Below, piece by piece: positions 39,419 to 47,169 of a stretch of DNA of 64,000 nt. Below the pieces are notes generated by a model. That model saw nothing but the letters and a program-made list of their open reading frames with translations, was not told the origin of the DNA and made no database searches. The stretch spans positions 37,699 through 101,698 of the forward strand of contig DAOUJL010000079.1 of NCBI GenBank assembly GCA_034422735.1, given 5' to 3'. Every line of letters begins with the position of its first letter. The stretch's first letter is position 1. The position numbers were made by a program, and so were the translations under genes. The stretch is from Dehalococcoidia bacterium (lineage in GTDB: Bacteria; Chloroflexota; Dehalococcoidia; Lucifugimonadales; CATOSD01).

Positions 39419-40096
39419 GGCCTTTTCATTCCCCGTCGCGGCAACCTGCCGGCGGGCGAGGGCAACGGCGTCACTTCCGCTTGTCACCACTCCCCCAACA
39501 CCAACCCATTCGCGCCCACGTATCCCGAAAAAAGCGTCACTTTCCCGCGCCACCCGTTCCCATCCGTGCGCCATCCATTCTCACCCGCGTTCTACCAGTT
39601 CCCGTCCGTGCGCCATTTCTCCCCACAAATTCGAACTGCCCCTACAATCTCGCCAACCCTATTGATTCTACAGCACGCACGTGCTATTTTCTACGTAGCA
39701 GTCGCCGCGGCGCCAGTTGTGGAGTAGGGGCGGAGCCTGCCCTGAACTTGCCGAATGGGTTTGAAACCCGCCCGTTCCCCGCCCAAGATCACTGTCGCGT
39801 TCTGCGACATTTGGCGCAATGCGCGTGACGAACCTTAACAACTTGGCTCACAAGAAGTGACAATAGAATCGGACCGCCCAGCTACGGAATGGGCAGAATT
39901 GTGCAGAACTGAGCAGATTTTTCCGAGAGCCGCGCCCAAAGCCCTTCCGCTTGTCCCCTCTCCCTCGATGGGAGAGGGCTAGAGCCTGCCCCGTACTTGA
40001 TGCGGGGGCGAGGGTGAAGACACGACCACAGCCGACGAATCTAAAGCCTCCATCCCGACCCTCTCTCCTGACCGGAGAGGGCAGAATGAAAAGGCT
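39419..40096 (+). mobile_element. MITE-like non-autonomous element, copy B
   Basis: Terminal inverted repeats GCCTTTTCATTC (39420-39431) and GAATGAAAAGGC (40084-40095). The body aligns by eye over more than 500 bp with the reverse complement of 60130-60751. Confidence 0.75.
39662..39690 (+). promoter_or_regulatory. sigma70-like promoter inside element copy B
   Basis: TTGATT-N17-TATTTT with an extended -10 TG. Confidence 0.5.
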
Positions 40097-40183
40097 CTGG
40101 GTTGCGGGCGGCGTGCTTGCACTCCGTGACAGGCGTGGACTAGAATCGAGCCGAATCTTTGGAACAGTTTTGAAGAGGATGGA

Positions 40184-40963
40184 ATGAGTAAACTGATCGA
40201 CATGCTGGAGAGGGCGTCGTCTCCCTCGCAGACCCCGATGGGATTCGGCCCCGCCTCGCGCCGCGCCGACGAGAGACCGGCGCTCGCGGTCGTTGGCCGC
40301 GTGCTCGCTTCCGACCTGGAGGCAGATTCGGGCCTGGTGCGGACGGACGTTGAAGCGGTGCTGGTGGAGGTGCACGCGAGCGCCCGCAAGGAGTCGCTCG
40401 ACGCGGCATTCGACGCCCTGGATGGCAAGCTGTGGGGCCTGAGCGTAGACGAGCGCGTAGGCTTGGAGATCGTGGAGGCCGCCAGGGAGCGAGGCTGCGA
40501 TTTCGTGGCGTTGGACACTCTCGGCGCGCCCGCGTCGCTGCTGAGCGAAGAAGACCTGGGCAAGCTGGTGACGGTGGAGGGCGACCTGGACGAGCGCACC
40601 GCGGGGGCGATTCGCAGCCTCTCGTTCGACGGCGCGCTGTACCATCCGCCGGAAAGCCTGTCGCCTCTCAGCCTGGGGCGTCTGATCGCCGTCCAGCGCG
40701 CACACCGGCTGCTGGGCAACCCGTTCCTGGTCAGGGCCTACGGCGAGCTGTCGAAGCCTGACCTGAAGGAGCTTCGAGACGCGGGCATAGCGGGCATCGT
40801 GGTGGAGCTTTCCCAGTCAGATGCGATCGCCGCCATGCGGGAGAGCATTCGCAACCTGCCCAGAAGCAGGCCAAGGAAGAACCAGAGGCGAAACGTCGCG
40901 CCGCTAGTGCCCTCCGTACAGCCGGGACAAGTAGAGGCCGACGACTACGACGACGAGGAGTGA
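40184..40963 (+). CDS. Hypothetical protein (possible degenerate aldolase/citrate-lyase-like TIM barrel)
   Basis: 259 aa with an AAGGAGG-like RBS and an acidic tail; the fold assignment is only an impression. Confidence 0.65.
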   Translation: MSKLIDMLERASSPSQTPMGFGPASRRADERPALAVVGRVLASDLEADSGLVRTDVEAVLVEVHASARKESLDAAFDALDGKLWGLSVDERVGLEIVEAARERGCDFVALDTLGAPASLLSEEDLGKLVTVEGDLDERTAGAIRSLSFDGALYHPPESLSPLSLGRLIAVQRAHRLLGNPFLVRAYGELSKPDLKELRDAGIAGIVVELSQSDAIAAMRESIRNLPRSRPRKNQRRNVAPLVPSVQPGQVEADDYDDEE

Positions 40964-40971
40964 CTGCGCGG

Positions 40972-41703
40972 CTAGCGCCCCAGCGGCAGCCTGTCGATCA
41001 GGTACTGCGGCAGGTCGTGGCCGCGCATCTTCTCCTGCGTCGCCTCGATGTCGTACTCGACCCTGTGGTGCGTCACCGTTGACGCATCGGAGTCGTACAC
41101 CGCGTAGCTCGCGGTGGGATCGCCGTCGCGGGGCTGCCCGACCGAACCGGGGTTCACGATCACCTGCTCCTCGCCCAGCGCAACCGGCGAATCCAGCGGA
41201 AACTGCAAAAACTCGGCTCCCTGCGCGGCGGGCCGGCAGATGAACGGGACGTGCGAGTGGCCCACCAGGCACCAGTAGGTGTCGAAGTGGTTGAAGCTGG
41301 CAACGGCCGCCTGCACCGTCACGACGTACTCCCAGATGGGGTCGCGAGGGCTGCCGTGGACTACGGTGAACTCGTCCAGCTCGAGGCGCAGCTCCAGGCT
41401 GGCGAGGTGCTCGGCCTGCTCAGCGGACAGTTGGCCGGCTGTCCAGCGGTTGGCGGCCGCGGCGTAGGGATTGAATGCCTCCAGGCTCAGCTTGCCAATG
41501 GCGGCGAGGTCGTGGTTTCCTGCGACGGCCCGCAGGTCGTGCCGGAGCAGGAGGTCGATGCAGGGACCGGGATCCGGGCCGTAGCCGACGACGTCGCCCA
41601 GAGACCACACCTGGTCGAACCCGCCCCTGGATTGTGCGTCGCTTAGCACGCTCTCCAGCGCCTCCAGATTGCTGTGGATGTCCGAAACTATGAGCGCCCG
41701 CAT
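40972..41703 (-). CDS. Metallophosphoesterase (calcineurin-like)
   Basis: SDIHSN, LGDVVGYG, GNHD, HGSP, GHSH, NPGSVGQPRD. Confidence 0.93.
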   Translation of the reverse strand: MRALIVSDIHSNLEALESVLSDAQSRGGFDQVWSLGDVVGYGPDPGPCIDLLLRHDLRAVAGNHDLAAIGKLSLEAFNPYAAAANRWTAGQLSAEQAEHLASLELRLELDEFTVVHGSPRDPIWEYVVTVQAAVASFNHFDTYWCLVGHSHVPFICRPAAQGAEFLQFPLDSPVALGEEQVIVNPGSVGQPRDGDPTASYAVYDSDASTVTHHRVEYDIEATQEKMRGHDLPQYLIDRLPLGR

Positions 41704-41810
41704 TCGTTTCTCCGACTTGAGGTTGCCGCCTGTCCGAAAATATAATACTACGTTGGAGTGAGTGGTGCGGGGGCGCTCGATGGATTGTCGGCACGGAATC
41801 GGCAGATGGA

Positions 41811-42314
41811 GTGGCCGGGATTTTGGACGACAACGCGAAAACGACCATAGTCAGCGGCTCGCCCGAGCACACGCGGGCCATCGGCAGGGCGCTCGGCGAG
41901 AGCGCGGAGCCGGGCGACGTGTTCCTGCTCGCCGGAGAACTGGGCGCGGGCAAGACGTGCCTCACCCAGGGCGTGCTCTGGGGGCTTGGCGGCGACGAGT
42001 ACGCCAGAAGCCCCACGTTCGTGCTGGTCTCGCAGTACCGGGCGCGCCTGACGCTGCACCACGTGGACCTGTACCGGCTGGACTCGTTCACCGAAGTCGA
42101 CGGCCTGGAGCTGGACGAGTACCTCTACGGCGACGGGCTCTGCGTGGTGGAGTGGGCCGACAAAGCGGACGGCATGTTTCCGGATGACAGCCTCCTCATC
42201 CGGCTGGACGTTACGGGCGAGTCCACGCGCCGCATCACGTTCGAGCCGCCGCCACAGCGGGCGGAGTGGCTGGCGAACGCGCTGAGCGGGGTGAAAGTGT
42301 GGAGCTGTCAATAG
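41811..42314 (+). CDS. tsaE: tRNA t6A biosynthesis ATPase
   Basis: GELGAGKT, SPTF, HVDLYRL, VVEW. Confidence 0.95.
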   Translation: MAGILDDNAKTTIVSGSPEHTRAIGRALGESAEPGDVFLLAGELGAGKTCLTQGVLWGLGGDEYARSPTFVLVSQYRARLTLHHVDLYRLDSFTEVDGLELDEYLYGDGLCVVEWADKADGMFPDDSLLIRLDVTGESTRRITFEPPPQRAEWLANALSGVKVWSCQ

Positions 42315-42979
42315 ACACGTCGACAACCTGCGCCGCCGTCGGGTTGTCGGACCGCGGCGAGTTCATCGCGGAGCACCGATGGCGGTCGCGGCAGAACCAC
42401 TGCGTCGAGCTGGTGCCGGCTATCCGGGAGCTTATGCGGCGCTCCGGTGTGGACGTGGGCAATGTAGAGGCGGTGTTCGTCGCCAGAGGACCGGGCGGAT
42501 TCAGCGCGCTGCGCGTGGGCATGAGCGCGGCCAAGGCGCTGTCCGCAGCGCTCGACGTGCCGCTGGTGGCGGTCAACACGCTGGACGTGGAGGCCGCGCC
42601 GTACCTGCCGCTGGGATCGCCGGTGGCCGCCGTGATGCCGGCGGGCCGCAATCGGCTGTACCTGGGAAGCTACGCCGTTTCCGAGGAAGACGAGCCGGCG
42701 TCATACAGCGTCATTCAGACTGACGAACTCGCGGCGCTGCTGTCCCCCGGCGTCGTGGTGTGCGGTGAGGCGGCGGAGGCGTGTGTGGATGCGTCCGAGG
42801 TCGCGGGCGCGCGGGTGGCGGCTCTGTCTCCTCCCACGCGAGGCGCGGCGTCCCTGGCGCGACTGGCATACGCGCGGCTGGAGCGCGGCTGCATCGACGA
42901 CCGCGCCGCGCTACAGCCACTGTACCTGCGGAGCGCGCAGGTGGAGATGGCCCGGCGCACATGGGGCGCGGCAAGTTAG
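42299..42979 (+). CDS. tsaB: tRNA t6A biosynthesis protein
   Basis: LSIDTST, GPGGFSALRVG, P.YLR. GTG start at 42299 overlaps tsaE. Confidence 0.93.
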   Translation: MELSIDTSTTCAAVGLSDRGEFIAEHRWRSRQNHCVELVPAIRELMRRSGVDVGNVEAVFVARGPGGFSALRVGMSAAKALSAALDVPLVAVNTLDVEAAPYLPLGSPVAAVMPAGRNRLYLGSYAVSEEDEPASYSVIQTDELAALLSPGVVVCGEAAEACVDASEVAGARVAALSPPTRGAASLARLAYARLERGCIDDRAALQPLYLRSAQVEMARRTWGAAS

Positions 42980-43017
42980 CTGCGCTCAATACTGGTAACC
43001 GATAGGAGATTACGGAA

Positions 43018-43470
43018 TTGGAACGGACGCTCGTACTACTGAAGCCCGACGCCCTGCAGAGGGCGCTTGTGGGTGAAATCGTGTCCCGCCTGGAGCGGAA
43101 GGGGCTGCGCTTCGCGGCGATGAAGCTGATGCGCGTCAGCGAGGATCTGGCGCACAGGCACTACGGCGAGCATGAAGGCAAGCCATTCTTCGGGGATCTG
43201 GTCTCTTTCATCACGTCGGGGCCGGTTCTGGCGATGATAGTAGAAGGGGACAACGCCGTGGCCCTGGTGCGCGGCCTGATGGGCGCCACCAACCCCGCCG
43301 AGGCATCGCCGGGCACGATACGCGGCGACCTGGGGATCGCGATTGGAATGAACCTGATCCACGGGTCGGACTCGCCGGAGTCGGCCGCCCGTGAGACCGC
43401 GCTGTTCTTCGGGGAAGGCGAGGCGTTGGACTACGAGCGCGACCTGGACAGGTGGATTACAGAAGCCTGA
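43018..43470 (+). CDS. ndk: Nucleoside diphosphate kinase
   Basis: [21 protein letters not shown] start after AGGAG. Confidence 0.97.
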   Translation: MERTLVLLKPDALQRALVGEIVSRLERKGLRFAAMKLMRVSEDLAHRHYGEHEGKPFFGDLVSFITSGPVLAMIVEGDNAVALVRGLMGATNPAEASPGTIRGDLGIAIGMNLIHGSDSPESAARETALFFGEGEALDYERDLDRWITEA

Positions 43471-43819
43471 CGACCTCGACCGCCCGGGACCAGGCGCCCT
43501 CCACGTCGTAGAACTCGCGCTCCTCCGGCCCGAACAGGTGGACGATGACGTCGCCGTAGTCCTGCAGTATCCAGCCGGAGGCGGGCGCGCCCTCGCGGTG
43601 ATGCAGTACCGCGCCGGATGCCTCCAGCGCGGCCTCGATGGCCTCGGATATGTCGCGTAGCTGGCGAGTAGACTCGCCGGTCAGTATGATGAAGTAGTCG
43701 GCGAAATCGCTGAGTCCCCGGATGTCCAGCATCAGGATGTCCGACGCCAGCCGGTCGGACGCGGTATCGACCGCGATGCGGGCGTAGTCGGCGGGATCCG
43801 TAAGCGCGTCTTGATTCAT
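43457..43819 (-). CDS. rsfS: Ribosome silencing factor
   Basis: [36 protein letters not shown]. Confidence 0.93.
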   Translation of the reverse strand: MNQDALTDPADYARIAVDTASDRLASDILMLDIRGLSDFADYFIILTGESTRQLRDISEAIEAALEASGAVLHHREGAPASGWILQDYGDVIVHLFGPEEREFYDVEGAWSRAVEVVRLL

Positions 43820-43949
43820 GCGCGGATTATAGAGTGAGACCCCGGTATGGTCAACGCGATGTTCGCGCGCCTGAGTGCGCTTTGCTACAATTGTCTATGC
43901 TCTGTGGAGACTTTCCGGCATTGCCGGACGGGGCGGAATCGAGGCTCGA

Positions 43950-45047
43950 ATGACTGACAAGGGAAGGGTCGTCGTCGCTATGAGCGGGGGTGTGGACTCC
44001 TCCGTCGCCGCGCTGCTGCTCAAGCGGCAGGGCTTCGACGTCGTGGGCGTCACCATGCGGCTGTGGTCGGTGGAGGATCCCAACGCCCCCGCGCTGAACA
44101 AGCGCTGCTGCTCGGTGGAGGACGTGGACGACGCCCGCCGCGTGTGCCAGGTCATCGGCGCGCCGCACTACGTGATGAACTTCGAGCGCGAGTTCCAGCA
44201 GCACGTCATCGACTACTTCGTTCGCGAGTACGACCGCGGCCGCACGCCCCACCCCTGCCTGGCCTGCAACGACAGGATCAAGTTCGACTTCCTGCTGCGC
44301 CGGGCGATGTTCCTGGGCGCCGACTACGTGGCCACCGGCCACTACGCCCGCATACGGCGCGGCGAGGACGGCTACCGGCTGCTGACGGGCGCCGACGGGA
44401 GCAAAGACCAGTCCTACGTCCTGTTCACGCTCCGACAGCGTGAGTTGGAGCGGCTGCTTCTGCCGGTTGGCGAGTACCCCAAGAGCGAGGTGCGCGACCT
44501 GGCGGCGGAGGCGGGTCTGCCGGTGGCGGACAAGCCCGACAGCCAGGAGATCTGCTTCATACCGTCCGGAGATTACCGCAAGTTCGTTGGGGAGCGCACC
44601 AAGCCGAGGGCGGGCGAGATGGTGTCCACCTCTGGTGAGGTGCTCGGCGAGCATCCCGGAATCCAGTTCTTCACCATCGGCCAGCGCAGGCGGCTGGGAC
44701 TCCAGGGCAACACCGGCGCGCCGATGTACGTCGTGGAGATAGACACCGACTCGAACCGCGTGGTGCTTGGCCGAGAGGACGACCTGCTGAGGCGGTCGTT
44801 CTGGGCGTCCAGGGTCAATTTTACGGCTGGTGAGACTCCCTCCGGCCCCCTCGCCGTCGATGCCAAAATACGCTACAAGTCGGGGCGGGCCGCCGCGTCC
44901 ATCGTGCCCCACGGTGACTGGGCAGAAATCTGTTTCGACACGCCCCAGCGGGCGGTCACTCCCGGGCAGGCGGTGGTATTCTACCGCGGCGACGAGGTGC
45001 TGGGCGGCGGCATAATCGAGCTGGAGCCGCCGAGCGTTGCCGCGTGA
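43950..45047 (+). CDS. mnmA: tRNA-specific 2-thiouridylase
   Basis: AMSGGVDSS, TPHPCLACN, ATGHY, KDQSY, DSQEICF, TIGQRR, PGQA. Confidence 0.97.
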   Translation: MTDKGRVVVAMSGGVDSSVAALLLKRQGFDVVGVTMRLWSVEDPNAPALNKRCCSVEDVDDARRVCQVIGAPHYVMNFEREFQQHVIDYFVREYDRGRTPHPCLACNDRIKFDFLLRRAMFLGADYVATGHYARIRRGEDGYRLLTGADGSKDQSYVLFTLRQRELERLLLPVGEYPKSEVRDLAAEAGLPVADKPDSQEICFIPSGDYRKFVGERTKPRAGEMVSTSGEVLGEHPGIQFFTIGQRRRLGLQGNTGAPMYVVEIDTDSNRVVLGREDDLLRRSFWASRVNFTAGETPSGPLAVDAKIRYKSGRAAASIVPHGDWAEICFDTPQRAVTPGQAVVFYRGDEVLGGGIIELEPPSVAA

Positions 45048-46065
45048 CCTCGGCCCGCGCCAGGCCGCCAGGCAGCAGAAGCCGACGCTTGCGCACGAGC
45101 AACGGCTGCGAGAGCAGGGCATCTGGCCCGTCGCCGGGCTGGACGAGGCCGGACGCGGCTCCATAGCCGGACCGGTCACCGCCGGGGTAGTGGTGCTTCC
45201 TCCGGACGTGCCGGACTGCCAGGACGCCCCGATACGCGACAGCAAGCGGCTCACACCCGCTCAGCGGGAGCGGGCGCTGCGGCACATCGAGTCCATCGCG
45301 CTCGCGGTGGGCGTCGGCCACTGCTCCGCACCTGAAATCGACGAGATGGGCATCGCGCCCGCGACGCGCGTCGCCATGAAGCGGGCGCTGGAGGCGCTCT
45401 CGCTGGAGCCGTCGTATCTGCTGCTGGACGCCTTCCCCCTGCCCGGGGTCGCCACGCCCCAGCTCGCCATAGTGCGCGGCGACGCGACCTGCATGTCCAT
45501 CGCCGCCGCGTCCATTGTCGCCAAGGTTGCGCGGGATCGGCACATGGCCGAGCAGGACGAGCGGATTCCGGGCTACGGGTTCGCCCGCCACAAGGGCTAC
45601 GGCACCGCCGAGCACATTCGGAACCTGGAGCGGCTGGGGCCTAGCTCCATACACCGGCGCACCTTCGCGCCCCTGAAGCTCACTCTGGCGCTCAGCCAGG
45701 AGACGCCCAGGCAGGGGCTTGGGAAAACCGGCGAGGAACTGGCGCGCCGGCGACTGGTGGAGGACGGGCGCGCCGTCCTGGCCGCCAACTTCCGCACACG
45801 CAGCGGGGAGATCGACCTCGTTACCGAGAAGGACGGCGTGGTGGCGTTCGTCGAAGTCCGTGCGAAGCGCGGGACGGCGTTCGGCACGCCGGAGGAATCG
45901 CTCACAAGGCGCAAGCTGGCCCGTATGGTGAGGTGCGCCCACGAGTTTCTGGCCGAGCGGCGCTGGCAGAACCGCCCCTGGCGCATCGACGTGGTGGCCG
46001 TAGAGATGGACAGGTCGGGCAGGCTGCGGCGCGTCGAAGTGCTCGAGAACGCCGTGGAGGGATGA
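45037..46065 (+). CDS. rnhB: Ribonuclease HII fused to a C-terminal YraN (UPF0102) PD-(D/E)xK nuclease domain
   Basis: GLDEAGRG, DSK, SIAAASIVAK, KGYGT, then without a stop G..GEELA, GEIDLV, FVEV, RIDVVAV. Confidence 0.92.
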   Translation: MPRDLGPRQAARQQKPTLAHEQRLREQGIWPVAGLDEAGRGSIAGPVTAGVVVLPPDVPDCQDAPIRDSKRLTPAQRERALRHIESIALAVGVGHCSAPEIDEMGIAPATRVAMKRALEALSLEPSYLLLDAFPLPGVATPQLAIVRGDATCMSIAAASIVAKVARDRHMAEQDERIPGYGFARHKGYGTAEHIRNLERLGPSSIHRRTFAPLKLTLALSQETPRQGLGKTGEELARRRLVEDGRAVLAANFRTRSGEIDLVTEKDGVVAFVEVRAKRGTAFGTPEESLTRRKLARMVRCAHEFLAERRWQNRPWRIDVVAVEMDRSGRLRRVEVLENAVEG

Positions 46066-46089
46066 CTGTGCAGCCCGGGCGGCCCTCGC

Positions 46090-47106
46090 TCAGGCGAGCC
46101 AGAACACCGCCGCGCTGGCCGCCGCGTACAGGCCGATAAGCCCGGCGCCCTCGTAGGTGATGAAGCGGGTGGGCCTGCCGCGGGGCCGCAGCGTTATCGC
46201 GGTGATCACCAGCGCCGTCATGAACATGGCGAACACGGCGGTGATGACGTGTATGTCGGACGCGACCGCCCAGATCGCCCCGTCCACAAATGCGACGTCG
46301 TCCAAGAACAGCACGAACCCCATGTTGAAGACGTTGCTGCCGAGTATGTTGCCGATTGCCAGCTCCGGCGCGCCCAATCGCACCGCCGCGAACGACGCGG
46401 CCAACTCCGGCAGCGACGTGCTGAACGCCAGGAACTGCGTGCCTACGAAGCTCGCCTCCCAGCCCATCGCCTCGGTGATGCCCTCGCCGCTATGGGCCAG
46501 CCACACCGCCGCGCCGACCACCAGCGCCGCTGAGACGAGGTAGCGTATGAAAGCCCCGGCAAGGCTTCCCCCCTCGTACTCCTCGCCTGCCTCGGCCTCT
46601 CCCTCGGTCTGACCCTCGGCCTGTCCGGAGCGGTAGATGAGAAGCATAGCGAGGAGGAACATCGCAAACAGGGCTGCGCTGAGCGGGCCTACGTGCCAGC
46701 CGCTCATGGCAGTGGTGGCGCCGTGCACAAGCAGCGCCAGGGCGGCGATGCCGATCACGGCGATGCCGAGCGCGCCCACGACGGCGGGAGTGTAGCCCAC
46801 CCTGGTCAGCAGGGGACCGTCCCTCCAGTAGAGGTCGAGCAGCCCGATAATCAGCAGGTTGAAGAGGTTGCTGCCGAAGGCGTCGCCAAGGGCGAGGTCC
46901 GGCTCGTCGAGCCAGGCGATAGAGCTGACGCCGGTACCGAGCTCGGGGAGGGAGGTTGCCGTCGCCAGCAGCACCACCCCGATGAAGGAGCGCCCCAGAC
47001 CGGTCTTGAAGGCGATGACGTCGGCGGACTTGGCGAGAAACCAGGACGCGCCCAGAATGATCGCCGCGGAGGCCGCGAGCTGCAGCCATAGCAGGGTTGT
47101 TTCCAA
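46090..47106 (-). CDS. Cation/Ca2+ (CaCA family) antiporter
   Basis: Two alpha repeats: ATSLPEL..G...G.AFGSNLFN and STSLPEL......GNILGSNVFN. Confidence 0.92.
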   Translation of the reverse strand: METTLLWLQLAASAAIILGASWFLAKSADVIAFKTGLGRSFIGVVLLATATSLPELGTGVSSIAWLDEPDLALGDAFGSNLFNLLIIGLLDLYWRDGPLLTRVGYTPAVVGALGIAVIGIAALALLVHGATTAMSGWHVGPLSAALFAMFLLAMLLIYRSGQAEGQTEGEAEAGEEYEGGSLAGAFIRYLVSAALVVGAAVWLAHSGEGITEAMGWEASFVGTQFLAFSTSLPELAASFAAVRLGAPELAIGNILGSNVFNMGFVLFLDDVAFVDGAIWAVASDIHVITAVFAMFMTALVITAITLRPRGRPTRFITYEGAGLIGLYAAASAAVFWLA

Positions 47107-47169
47107 ACAGTCCTCTGTTGCCGCGGTTCAGGCGGCTGGGTGATCTGAGGGTGTGGGCGCGGCGTAAGA

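Noticed and set aside
39355-39828. ORFs read through the repeated element (39355-39828 plus, 60392-60688 minus, 4465-4857 plus) share the peptide RKKRHFPAPPVP
   Set aside because: Differences between copies B and C in this frame are mostly non-synonymous (S/P, S/A, R/H, V/I, P/Q), and starts and stops are not conserved. The similarity reflects DNA repetition, not a protein.
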